DNA of 63,460 nucleotides, the filler included, from Octopus bimaculoides (Eukaryota), in NCBI RefSeq assembly GCF_001194135.2. It is 5 parts of 5 records of this genome, joined end to end, with 100 filler letters (N's around TTAATTAATTAA, not from the genome) between each part and the next. Parts side by side here need not be neighbours in the genome. Positions count along the whole stretch, not along the records: positions 1 to 12,420 come from NC_068981.1; 4 more parts are not named here. The stretch is one strand, 5' to 3'. Below are positions 1-11,639 of this stretch, in pieces. Within the stretch, counting starts at the first letter, position 1. The number at the start of each line of letters is the position of its first letter. The notes beneath the pieces are model-generated. The model was given only the letters and a program-made list of their open reading frames with translations. It had not been told where the DNA came from and made no database searches. Both the position numbers and the translations under genes were made by a program.

Positions 1-94
1 ATATATATATATATATATATATACACACATTAACGACAAAGGCTGTATTAATACCGAGATATAATATTTATCCCACTTTTTTAACAAGCTTACT

Positions 95-340
95 GGCTAA
101 CGACATCGGCGCCTGTTCTGGCACTGTAATTCTACATATTGCTGGTGGGGAGATGAGTTGTGCTATCAAATCGACGTTACCTGAACAGGTGCACAGTGTA
201 CTCCGCATCAGGTGTCAAAGTGATCGCTGAGCAATGTGAAATGAAGTGTTTGCTCAAGAACAATGCAGAACCCGCTCCAAGAAATGAAACCGCAATCTTG
301 CGATCGTGAGCGCAACATCCTAACCATTAGGCCATGCGTC
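95..340 (-). mobile_element. tRNA-derived SINE (group B head, alternative tail)
   Basis: Reverse complement gives a tRNA-like head (TGGCCTAATGGTTAGG...GGTTTCATTTC) followed by GTTCTTGAGCAAACACTT, a CORE-like segment. A related copy lies at 35995-36245. Confidence 0.7.
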
Positions 341-444
341 ATCACGAGCACTATGTAGCACAATACAATACAGAAGTGCAGTAGTACAATGTAACGGCAC
401 TATTGACCATTATATTATCACAATGCAGTCGTACAATAATACAT

Positions 445-822
445 GTTGTTGTTGGCACTCCGTCGCTTACGACGTCGAGGGTTCCAGTTGATCCAATCAA
501 CGGAACAGCCTGCTCGTGAAATTAACGTGCAAGTGGCTGAGCACTCCACAGGCACGTGTACCCTTAACGTAGTTCTCGGGGATATTCAGCGTGACACAGT
601 GTGATAAGGCTGACCCTTTGAATTACAGGCACAGCAGAAACTAAGAGTGAGAGAAAGTTGTGGTGGAAAAGTACAGCAGGGTTTGCCACCATCCCCTGCT
701 GGAGCCTCGTGGAGCTTTAGGTGTTTTCGCTCAATAAACACTCAACGCCCAGTCTGGGAATTGAAACCGCGATCCTATGACCGCGAGTCCGCTGTCCTAA
801 CCACTGGGCCATTGCGCCTCCA
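445..822 (-). mobile_element. tRNA-derived SINE group B, near full length, (AAC)n tail
   Basis: Near-identical by eye to 40570-40935. A-box-like TGGCCCAGTGGTTAGG and B-box-like GGTTTCAATTCC on the minus strand; ends GGAGTGCCAACAACAAC. Confidence 0.85.
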
Positions 823-3159
823 CATCACGAGTACTATGTAGCACAATACAATACAGAAGTGTAACGGTATTATTGACCATTATATTATCACAATGCAGTC
901 GTACAATAATACATAATACAGTATTACACACTACAGTACAGAGCAGTATAACAGACAAGTTGTGCAGTACAGCTGAACAGTACAGTACATTAAAATAACG
1001 GCGCAGTACAGTATTGCAATACAGTGTAATAATGCAACGAAATATGAATAAGCATCATCATCACTGTTGCATATTACCATGCAAGAGTGATGATTATATT
1101 TATTATTTGTCCTAGAGATGCCTATAGCTGTGTCCACAACGCCACCAGCGTTGGTTTTCTCTTCTCTGTCCAATGAGAGTAGTTATCTGCTTTATATCAA
1201 CTCATGAACTCAAAAGTGAACTTTTAACCTTAAATCGTCTGCTTCATTGATAATTTGTAATTCATCAATGACTAAGGTTTGTAATGAGTCATGCTTCTTC
1301 CACTAATGTCGATCTAACGAACCAATATAACATATCTTGTTTGAATGCATGGGCAAAAAAATTAAACACAGAATTAAATTATCTATGTTTGAATAAATTA
1401 TATATTAATGACTAACATTTTTAACCTAAAATATTTTAAACGTTAATGATAAATAACAATAAAAATAACGATCATACTTCTGTCCGAAAGCGATAAATCT
1501 ATGTTAGTGATATTTTACATTTTCGATGTTTATTTACGGCAATTGTGTTTCCTGCTAAAAAGAAAAAAAAACAAAACAGAAAACAAAAAGACCAAAATGA
1601 ACTCGTAATGAAAAGAGTTGTTTCCCTTGTATTGTTTGCCAAAATATTAATTGAAAATTTGCAGTTTTGTGACACCAACGAAAGATAATTTTACTGAATT
1701 GGACAACAGTAAAATTGTTCCAATTTTTAGGTATCCCGGTCCCTCCATATGTGGTTTTTGGAAGAACATTAGTAGCCTAGGGAAAAAGAAACCAAAAAAC
1801 AAGAAAAACAGCAATGCCTATGCATAATTTTAGGTTCAATAATACCCAGAAAGCTCGCTGTGTCCTAAGGTACCTGGATCGGTTGAGCGGAAGAATTATG
1901 ATCTTCCGCTAGCACTGAAGATCTCTAAAATGGTCAGTATACTACATATATTATTCACAATCAAGTTCATTGAGATTCAATTCTAAAAAAGAATTATTTC
2001 ACATTCTCTCGAAAGTTTATTAATTCTTATAACGTCAACAATATATGTGTATGTGTGTGTGGATAGGACTCCACCGCGTTACGGCTTCATCGGGCTACGG
2101 GATTTCGAGCTTATGAAGATTGTAAAGTATCACCTCTAATTCTAGTCTTAATGTCGCCCTTACCGGAACTCGGATAAATTTTCGCAATTTAAAAAGACCG
2201 CTTCTCGGTGTGTTAGCTAAGATCAATGAATGGTTAACAGTCGGAAAATCTATAGTCACAATACGCTTATAGAACTGTTGTTTGTGTATGTGTGTGTGAG
2301 TGTGTGTGTGTGTGTGTGCCAGCGTTTGTCTATGGGTCACAACTAAACTTGAAGGAGTGTAGGGTGGAATTTTTAATGTAAATATTTATGTTTACGTTTG
2401 TATATATTTTCTCGGATCACAATCTATGTATGTATGTATGTATGTATGTATGTATGTATGTATGTATGTATGTATGTATGTGTGTGTGTGTGTGTGTGTA
2501 TGTTCCCTTTTTCTTTTTAATGTAGAATAAATTTTGACCAGCAACCTACTTGGTAGCAAGGTTGTGAAGGAAAACCTCCTTCATTATTCTCTAAATCTGA
2601 AGAAGATCTTTTATTGTCTCAGATGTCGTGATCATTTGTAGTATATAAATTAAGGATCTGCGTTCTCTCCTCAAGAACCCAAACTCAACTAGATTTTGCT
2701 GTAGACGGGTTGGTATGAATTCTGTTGCTCCAGTATGATGCTGAAAGTGTAGCTTGAGTACTGGGTTTGCAATCTCCTTATCTTATGATCCATAAATATC
2801 CCGTTTCTCTTGTATTTTTCTACTCTCTGGGCACATATTGGTGTCCAGAAGGCAGCTGATTACCACAACAGGATGTATCTTTTCCTTGTGGCCCTACACA
2901 ACAATATTTGACCTAAAGTTTCAGCAGTATTCTTTTGACCCATCGGTCTCAATATGGTCAACTTCATTTGTAGGTATTCTCGTTTTCGTTATCCTGTTCC
3001 AGACAGTTCTGGTCACTGCATCATACTTCATGCAAAGATAATATCTGGAAGACATACTTTCACATTTGGCAATAAAGCGGTTGATGTCTTCAGTCTTGGT
3101 CTTACACAGCCCACGTTTGTTGTTTGTCAAAGTTCACTAGTTTTATGCTGTAGGTATGA

Positions 3160-3450
3160 AGGCACGTGGCTTAATGGTTAGCATATTCAGCTCACAGTCG
3201 TAAGGTCGCGAGTTCAGTTCTCGTCGGCGCGTTGTGTCCTTGAGCAAGACACTTTATTTCAGGTTGCTCCACTCTACTCAGTTGACAAAAAGGAATTGTA
3301 CCTGTAATTCAAAGGGCCTGCTTTGTTACATTTTGTGTCACGCTGAATTTCTATGAGAACTACGTGGCGTGCTCAGCCACTTGCACGTTAATTTTATGAG
3401 CAGGCTGTTCCGTTGATCGGATCTAGTCGTAACCGACCGAGTGCCAGTAA
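3160..3450 (+). mobile_element. tRNA-derived SINE group B, nested in the LINE
   Basis: Head GTGGCTTAATGGTTAG...GAGTTCAGTTC, CORE-like TTGTGTCCTTGAGCAAGACACTT, and the 3' body shared with 445-822 (CAGCCACTTGCACGTTAATT...GAGTGCCA). Confidence 0.8.
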
Positions 3451-3632
3451 TGATGTAGGTACTTAGTGGGGATCTCTTGCTCTTAAATTGCACGGGGGTA
3501 GCCTAGAAAGTGGGATGCCACAAACATTTCGGTTCTCCATGCCAAGTTTTTGATATGATCAATACCTTATATAGTTTGTGTCTTTCATACCAAATATCTT
3601 CCCAGTGAACTGATCTATTTAAAAAAAAATTT

Positions 3633-3960
3633 GATGTCTAGGGGAAATTTTGAACCTGGGTTCTCATTCCTAAGGTATTTTTTTGATGTTGCTGTTATTA
3701 TTATTATTATTATTGAGGTCACTGCCTGGAATCGAACTCGGAATCTTGGGGTTAGTAGCCCGCGCTTTTAACTACTACGCCATATGCCCACGGGTATATA
3801 CCGAGTTCGATTCCAGGCAGTGACCTTAATAATAATATTGATAATAATAACAACATCAAGAAATACCTTAAGAATGAGAACCCAGGTTCAAAATTTCTGC
3901 AAGACACCTGATGAAGGCTGGAGGGTATATCAGCCGAAACGGTGTATTAACATAAATTTT
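3633..3960. mobile_element. Palindromic element: tRNA-like head + (AAT)n + hammerhead-like tail
   Basis: Inverted arms 3633-3741 and 3801-3909. tRNA-like head on the minus strand at about 3718-3789. Centre CATATGCCC-AC-GGGTATAT. CTGATGA...GAAA core at 3908-3939. Confidence 0.75.
3904..3945 (+). ncRNA. Minimal type I hammerhead-ribozyme-like motif (probably inactive copy)
   Basis: ACAC-CTGATGA-A-GGCTG(10-nt loop)CAGCC-GAAA-CG-GTGT. Core, stem II and a 4-bp stem I are present, but the UH cleavage dinucleotide is missing. Confidence 0.55.
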
Positions 3961-4937
3961 GATGTTCAAATAAATAAATTTTATGAACGATCTTTGGGGA
4001 GAGATATGTATCAGCTTTTATTTCACATCTCTCCTCAAGTTCATTAGTTATTCTAATTATGTTATTGATTTCATGGTCCCAAACTTGGACAATATAGTTA
4101 CTGGTCTCTTTTCTCTGCTGCAGATATTGCTTCAGTTTCACACACAATCCGTACTTCATATGATATCAGTACAAATTTGAGACCACGACCACCGTTCTTG
4201 CGTGGGAAGTATAACCTGTCTGTAACCCCCACTGAAGTTGATGTTTTCTGCAACACTGAGCAGCTTAGGAGTTCGAACATTTATCTTAAGGAATTCTTGT
4301 AGTGACCTGTTCAGAAGGCCCAACGTAGGCGTGAGGACATGCACGGCAATGGTGTTGTGGGCAGTATGCTAGTTGTAAGCTGAGAGTTCTGATGACCAAA
4401 TTCTCTTGACTCTCCTGAGGTATTCATTCCTGGTTCTCATCTTATTCATGGGTCCATCATATCTGGGGTTCTTATCTTGTCCAATATACCAATAATTGCC
4501 ACCTGATTGTAGATGTATTACTGTCAAGCCGTTCATTTTCAGGTTTCCAGAGGAGGATACAACTTTTCTACCGTCTAATGTTTAAAATGCACATTTGGAT
4601 TCACCAAATTCGATCCCAATACCTAGAAAATTGGCCTATAAGGTCCAATCGTTTTCTATGTGGTTGGCATTTCGCCCATACAATTTCAGGTTGTCGACAA
4701 AGAAAAGGTGGGAGACACTTCTGGTTCCATTATATGACCTCTATGTTCTGCGAACAGGTATGATAGTGGTTTTAATGAGAAGATAAAGGACAACACTGAC
4801 GGGCTAACACCCTGAATAATATCGTTGGTAGTGAAGACCATCAGATCAGATTCAACTGATGTAAGACTAATCAGTAACAACAATACAATTAAGAACAATA
4901 TGACCACCACCACCACCACCACCACCACCACCACCAG

Positions 4938-5186
4938 GACTTATTCTTTGGATGCCTAGTACTTATTCTATCAGTCTCTCTTGTCGAACCGCTAAGTTAC
5001 GGGGACGTAAACACACCACCATCGATACGACGGGTTTCTTTCAGTTTCCGTCTACCAAATCCACTCACAAGGCTTTGATCGGCCCAAGGCTATAGTAGAA
5101 GACACTTGCCCAAGGTGCCACGCAGTGGGAATGAATCCGCAACCATGTGGTTGGTAAGCAAGCTACTTACCACACAGCCACTCCTG
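4938..5186 (-). mobile_element. tRNA-derived SINE group A, internal microsatellite deleted
   Basis: Reverse complement matches 18371-18785 (CAGGAGTGGCTGTGTGGTAAGTAGCTTGCTTACCAACCAC...CCTTGGGCAAGTGTCTT). Confidence 0.85.
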
Positions 5187-6285
5187 AATTTTTTTGGGGG
5201 TTCAAACTAGGCATTCATGAGGCAAAGTGTCCTTGAACCTGGCAACCTTTTAATTAATTGTAATTATTCAGTAGTTACTCTAATAATACATTTTACCGTG
5301 TTCCTTCAGCCTTTCACCTTATTTCCATTCTTTCGTCCACAGCCATACGACAAATTGTCTGTTCTCACAAAACAGAGATCTTTTTGTGAGATCTTTTCTT
5401 TTAACTACGGATTTGTTGTAGATAATTGTTTATCGCTGCTGCTTTTGGATTTGCTTTTCAGTTCAAGATATATAGAAAGAAGCCATCTAATGAAACTGAA
5501 GACAATAGTGCGAAAAAGAACCGTACGAAGATTATGCTGAATATTAAACTCGATGGTTTAGAAAGTGTTGATGGAAAAAAGATCAGCCACATTGCCAGAC
5601 AAAAGATTAACCACATTGCCAGACAAGAAATTAGCAACATTGCTATGTTTGCAGTGCAGACAAACATTGCAAAAGAGAGAAAATTAAGACAAGTGTTCAA
5701 GAAGCGATTCTGCTGCTCGGATTTTACATTTTCATAGATCCAATGTGATGATTGAAATGGATCGACTCTGAAGTGTATGGATCGCGGATCTGACTCCAGT
5801 AATGTTCCCATAAGCAAGATGGTAATTGAAAGAAGTCAACAGTCTGTATGCCAGTTTGTAGAAAAAGGAAAATGAAACTTTTAATGAAAAGAACCTTTTC
5901 TGGTTAGTAAGGGCTAGTTTGAAATGTTTAAGAAGCGCTTGAATATGCGCAACATGAAATGACTGTTGAAGTTTCCGTTGCCGATACTGTGGCTGCTATT
6001 GGTTAACCTGAGCAGATGAAGATAATAATTGCTGGAATGTACTAGACACCAGAGCAAGTATACAGTGTTGACTTCATGAAACTGCACTTTCCTGAAAGTT
6101 CCATATTTGAACTTATATTTTTCGAGAAGAAAAAAAAAACAAATATCAAGATTTAAAGTTTCAAATTCATCTGACGCTTCTAGCGAGCGGAAATTTCGCT
6201 GGTGATATGAAATAAAGTCTCTGTACACGTTAATACTAGAACGTGGAAGAGGAGAAAAGAGGGAATTCTATTTTAAGCACGCCGT

Positions 6286-6349
<64 letters not shown>

Positions 6350-6919
6350 NNNNNNNNNNNNNNNNNNNNNNNNNNNNNNNNNNNNNNNNNNNNNNNNNNN
6401 NNNNNNNNNNNNNNNNNNNNNNNNNNNNNNNNNNNNNNNNNNNNNNNNNNNNNNNNNNNNNNNNNNNNNNNNNNNNNNNNNNNNNNNNNNNNNNNNNNNN
6501 NNNNNNNNNNNNNNNNNNNNNNNNNNNNNNNNNNNNNNNNNNNNNNNNNNNNNNNNNNNNNNNNNNNNNNNNNNNNNNNNNNNNNNNNNNNNNNNNNNNN
6601 NNNNNNNNNNNNNNNNNNNNNNNNNNNNNNNNNNNNNNNNNNNNNNNNNNNNNNNNNNNNNNNNNNNNNNNNNNNNNNNNNNNNNNNNNNNNNNNNNNNN
6701 NNNNNNNNNNNNNNNNNNNNNNNNNNNNNNNNNNNNNNNNNNNNNNNNNNNNNNNNNNNNNNNNNNNNNNNNNNNNNNNNNNNNNNNNNNNNNNNNNNNN
6801 NNNNNNNNNNNNNNNNNNNNNNNNNNNNNNNNNNNNNNNNNNNNNNNNNNNNNNNNNNNNNNNNNNNNNNNNNNNNNNNNNNNNNNNNNNNNNNNNNNNN
6901 NNNNNNNNNNNNNNNNNNA

Positions 6920-7292
6920 CTGGTCTTTCTTATTTCTTTATTGCCCACAAGGGGCTAAACACAGCGGGGACAAATAAGGACAGACAAACGGATTAAGTCG
7001 ATTAGATTGACCCCAGTGCATAACTGGTACTTAATTTATCGACCCCGAAAGGATGAAAGGCAAAGTCGACCTCGGCGGAATTTGAACTTAGAACATAAAG
7101 ACAGACGAAACACAGCTAAGCTTTTCGCCCAGCGTGCTAACGTTTCTGCCAGCTCGCCGCCTTAAGACCGTCTAACTGGTCTTTCTGCCGACTGTTTCAT
7201 CTGAATTTGAATTGAGAACGTGAAGACGGGCGAAATGCCGCTTAGCATTTTGTCTGGCGTGCTAACAATTCAGTCACCTCGCCTCCTTATTT
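6920..7292 (-). mobile_element. SINE group C (Nin-domain-like), one full copy plus an adjacent partial head
   Basis: Reverse complement reads GGCGGCGAGCTGGCAGAAACGTTAGCAC...GTCGACTTTGCCTTTCATCCTTTCGGGGTCGATAAATTAAGTACCAG. The resemblance to the Nin-SINE central domain is from memory. Confidence 0.8.
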
Positions 7293-7414
7293 TATTCATA
7301 TATATATGTTGATGGGCATTTTAGGCAGTGCATTTGGACCATATTTTATGCATATTAATGATTAATCTAATTCCCTATATATTTGTAACAAAAGCAACAG
7401 GCTCCATTTTTCAG

Positions 7415-7542
7415 GGTACCAAAGATCACAGTTCTAGAGATGGCGAAGGAAGTCACTGTGTACCCGGTTCCGGAAATCGACGACAAAGCACCCTTTCTTC
7501 CTACCACAACCGGAAACATCAGCTCATCATTTTGCGACAAAT
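7415..7542 (+). CDS. Candidate internal coding exon, unknown protein
   Basis: Acceptor CTCCATTTTTCAG| at 7414 and donor |GTATGT at 7543. Raised GC. Two open frames (VPKITVLEMAKEVTVYPVPEIDDKAPFLPTTTGNISSSFCDK or GTKDHSSRDGEGSHCVPG...). No partner exon found. Confidence 0.35.
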
Positions 7543-8439
7543 GTATGTAACTGATTTTCAGTCTGTTAGAGAGGGTTCGAAAGGGAAAAGAAAAATGAAC
7601 CCAAGCAAGAGACTATTATACAAAGGTGAGGATGAAACCCACCTCAGGACGATGAGAACGACAACGTTGTCGACATGGAATTTGCATTCCTTCGAATGAG
7701 TAACCAGCACCTAGATTTGTTTAAAGAATAAACAATAATAGGGTAGGAAATGAGATATTCTAACGACAGACTCTTAATAAAAGCAACGGCTCTTTATTAT
7801 AACCTATTAGAGATGAGTTCCCCGAGGTTGTCGCCCACATGGTAAATAATGACATGGTTAATGAGATTGTTATTACTCTATTTGTTTAGAGAAGCTTTTA
7901 GTGTGGTTTTCATTGCATCACCAGAAATTGCGTCACCGAATTGGCAGAGTTGCCAGAGTGTCACAAGAAATAGTTGATGGGTTTCATTCAGTCTTCTGGA
8001 GTAGCAAGTTCACATCCCGCTGAGACCAACTTTGTTTTTTATCCTTCCAGTGTTGATAAATAAAGTATAGAGGTGGGGACTGAGCAGGTGTCGACTGGTG
8101 AAATTGTTAGAGCGTCGGACTAGATGCCTTGTGATATTTGTCACGTCTCTTTATGTTCAGACCTCACCTTGGTTTACACAGGTGGTAGTCTTAATCCATC
8201 CCCGATTTAACACCGCCGCCACCAGCACCACCAGCACCACCACTACCACCACCATTTCCACTACCTGGTCTTAAGGTGCATTTAGCGGAGTCCATCCTGT
8301 TGCAAGCATTCACGCCGATTTGAGGATATAGTTTACCTCCACCCCACTGGTCTCAAGACCCTATAAAGGATCCCTTTCGCTCCCTCCTCACTAAACGGCA
8401 AATACTTTCTGAGATGTGTTCAGTATTTTTGTTTTTGTA

Positions 8440-8665
8440 TAATTCTTTCTACTATAGGCTCAAGGCCTGAAATTTAGGAGAGGCGGGAGAGGGAGGGGGG
8501 AGTATAGTCGGTTACCTTGACCCCAGTACTCAACTGGTTCTTATTTTATCGACCTCGAAAAGGTGTAATGCAAAATAAACTTCTGCAGCATTTGAACTCA
8601 GAATTTAAAACCGAAAGAAATGCCGCTAAGCATTTTGTCCAGCTCAGTAACAGTTCTGCCAGCTC
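8440..8665 (-). mobile_element. SINE group C, diverged
   Basis: CCCCAGTACTCAACTGGTTCTTATTTTATCGACC...GAACTCAGAA...GCATTTTGTCC matches the other group C copies. Confidence 0.7.
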
Positions 8666-8829
8666 ATCGACTTCATGGTGTTTCGTATGATAAGAAATTC
8701 ATGCTGTTTTGTGGTGGTGGTGGTGGTGGTGGGGGGGNNNNNNNNNNNNNNNNNNNNNNNNNNNNNNNNNNNNNNNNNNNNNNNNNNNNNNNNNNNNNNN
8801 NNNNNNNNNNAGGGTTGAAAATGATTTTC

Positions 8830-9950
8830 TTTTGATAATTTGGTGTTGTTCGTGTTTGTTGTGAAAGCTTCTATAGCTTGAAAAGTGATTGTATAGAAGT
8901 GGTTGAGTAAACCTTAGAGTTTTTGAACTGAAAGTGTCTTGTGTTGACTGTGTTAGGTACCAAATAGAATTATCGTTAGACGGTGTTTATGTTTTTGTTC
9001 GTGTTCTATCTATTGCAATTGTTATTAGCATTATTGGCACCATTTTTATACTTTTCTCCGAATGCTTTATTTCCATTTCGAGGTCGCTGTACTTGCATAG
9101 GTTTACGAATACCTTTAGGGCGGTAACTTGGTCGGAAGGGATCGAGTTGTTTATAAGAGTGCATAAGTTTTCCTTTCTGTCTTTGATTATTAAATCTGGG
9201 AGGTCTGCTTTGATCTCCTTTTAAACCTGGTTAGGCATGTCCTAGAGTATCGTAGCCAATTCATTGTAATATACCGGATTTGGTGAGTCCTTTGATGTAT
9301 AAATGTATGCATATTGCCTAATAGATAAAGCTATCAACATTGTCATGCCTCTCGGATATGTTGTCTTTACTACGACTGGACAGAGGAAATGATGTGGTCG
9401 ATTGTTTCTTCATATTGATTTCATAGCATGCAGTTGACATTAGGCTTTTATTTTATTATTTATTTTGATATTTTATTTTGTAGATTTTCTACAGCTAAAA
9501 CCAGAATTCCGTTTTTGACTTTAGTTCCGAACGTTTGAGATATTGGTGCATTTCCTCTTTGTCCTCTCTTACAGGAATAATGATAATAGAAAGAGTTTTC
9601 TTTCAATTCTTTCTATTGTATTGTTTTCAGAATTCCACTTAGAATTTTTCTTACCTTTTCTTTTGTCTTCGCTATTTCTTCACTATTCTACTTTGCATTT
9701 TATTGCTTCCGTTATATATAAGTATAATTTTTTCTTCGTGCTGCTTTATCAAACTAACACATCTACTTTAGTTTGTTTCTAAGTAATTCCCTAAAGCCAC
9801 AGTGCTTATATTGTAATAGTTCTTTATTTGCATGTTCTCCCTGCACTTCGTGAATATAGCCTTCCTATATCAGTTTTAGGTTTTTAATTTCGGAATACTG
9901 TTAACGGTTTTACCGTTTCCAATCGCAGCTTCTTCAGTTTACTTCACGTC
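8830..9950 (-). pseudogene. R4/Dong-like LINE 3' fragment with restriction-like endonuclease relic
   Basis: Minus translation gives KTDIGRLY (RT C-terminal side, about 9880-9855), KADLPDLIIKDRKENLC (PD motif, about 9210-9160), KYSDLEMEI and VPI. Confidence 0.65.
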
Positions 9951-10839
9951 AACTTACTTTCAGTTCATTTACTTTTCAACCAAAAAGTAAAAAAGAAAGG
10001 TCAAGAAAATCATTTGCTCATTGGCTAGTGATTTAATGAACACATCAATCACCTATAGACTGGTAATTGTCATGTATGATATTTGAAATAGCCATAATAC
10101 ACTACAAGTATATTCTTAATACAGAGCAGATGTTATCTCAATCTCAGTTCTCTCATCAAATATAGCTCTTTGACATTTCATGTACCGACCATCATAATAT
10201 TATAGATATTACGAACACGCGCGTGAAAATCATTACCTTACAAGCTATTATTGTTTGTGAAGTGAATTTTAATCCCCTTGACCAATCAATAAGTGAACAG
10301 AATAACTTTGGACCCTTTTTGATCCTTCGGTTGGCCTTCAAGCCTAAGTGAGGTGATAATTAAAATTAAATCATTAAATTGAAGAAAATTCTGGTCGTAA
10401 AAACCAAAGGAGAAAACCCCTAAAATTTTAATATTTTTGGCAAGAGGTTTTTTTTTTTCAAATATGAGTGTAAAGTGTAAATGATTTATTTATTTAGAAC
10501 AATAGACATGGTTCTTCCATAATAGAAATTCTTACAAATGAATTTCAAAGAAAAGCAAAAAAGTGGGGAAAAAAAAAAAGAAAAAGGGGAGAGAAAAAAA
10601 GAGGAACGAGGGAAAATGTGCAAATTATATATAATACTCTTTTCTGAAATTTCCCCCGAATTCTTCTATTTTGAATTTTTTCAATTTCATCCATTCCTAA
10701 GTACTTCTCTGTGTTTTGTTATGTTTCTCTGAAGTCAGTGTCTAAATCTACCTTAATGTTTTCCCGGTTATGATTTATTTAACTAATTATCTTTAAATTT
10801 CCTGTTAAATCTACTGACGAAGGCACGTAGTATTAATGT

Positions 10840-10990
10840 TAGGGGACCGGTCTCATGATCATAAGGTAATGGGTTTGATTCCAGAACCGGGCGGTGTACT
10901 GTGTCCTGCTGTATATCATTTGTTATATTACTCCAGTCTACTCGGTTCAAGATGAATAGTAGCAGATTGCTGGTGCAACCCGGCTCACTT
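10840..10990 (+). mobile_element. Degenerate SINE group B head and core
   Basis: GGGTTTGATTCCAG...GTACTGTGTCC...CTCCAGTCTACTCGG resembles 3160-3300 and 38155-38300. Confidence 0.5.
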
Positions 10991-11147
10991 TAGTTGGAGC
11001 ATGCTGGGTATTCCATTGGTCGAGAGGGCGTCTGCTTGTATTCGTGGCAACACAGGCACCTACTATAATAGTTAATAATAGCATGGTACATATTATCAAG
11101 TCATTCGTGATATATATTATATTATATCGAGGATGAGTTGTGGATAT

Positions 11148-11148
11148 G

Positions 11149-11198
<50 letters not shown>

Positions 11199-11312
11199 GA
11201 GATAGATAGATAGAGAGAAAGAGAGCGAGAGAGAAAGAGAGAGGAGATAGAGAGAGAGAGAGAGAAAGAGAGAGAGAGGAGATAGATAGATAGAGAGAAA
11301 GAGAAAGGAGAT

Positions 11313-11356
<44 letters not shown>
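11148..11356. repeat. (GA)n/(GATA) compound microsatellite
   Basis: Directly visible. Confidence 0.95.
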
Positions 11357-11639
11357 GATAAAACAGAATCCCATGAGATTGGTGGTGCCTTGCACCGCCA
11401 AGTATTCTATTGTTTAGAAGATTCGACAGAAAGCGTACTATGAAATTGCTGTGGGGAGTGGATAATCTAACGTTTTGGAGAGAGTCCTACTTCAAGGTAC
11501 AGCTGATAGGAGAGAAGTGAAAAAAAACTGCAGAGTTTTACATGTTGTATATTTGAAAAACTGGCTGCAACTGATGAGGAACGCAAGACAACACGAGCTT
11601 CATCATACTTAGACAGGAAGTAGCAGTCTGTCAAATTCA

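Larger units (their letters stand above)
2560..4880 (-). pseudogene. Fragmented R4/Dong-like non-LTR retrotransposon (RT to C-terminal region), interrupted by younger inserts
   Basis: Minus-strand translation gives SHLFFVDNLKLY (RT motif C-like, about 4690-4650), DRLYFPRKNGGRGL (ORF 4098-4280) and YDAVTRTVWNRI (ORF 2921-3130). Many stops and frameshifts. Confidence 0.7.

Noticed and set aside
3718-3789. tRNA gene call for this and other tRNA-like heads
   Set aside because: A and B boxes are present, but the acceptor stem does not pair and the T and anticodon stems are mismatched. These are SINE-type heads, not tRNA genes.
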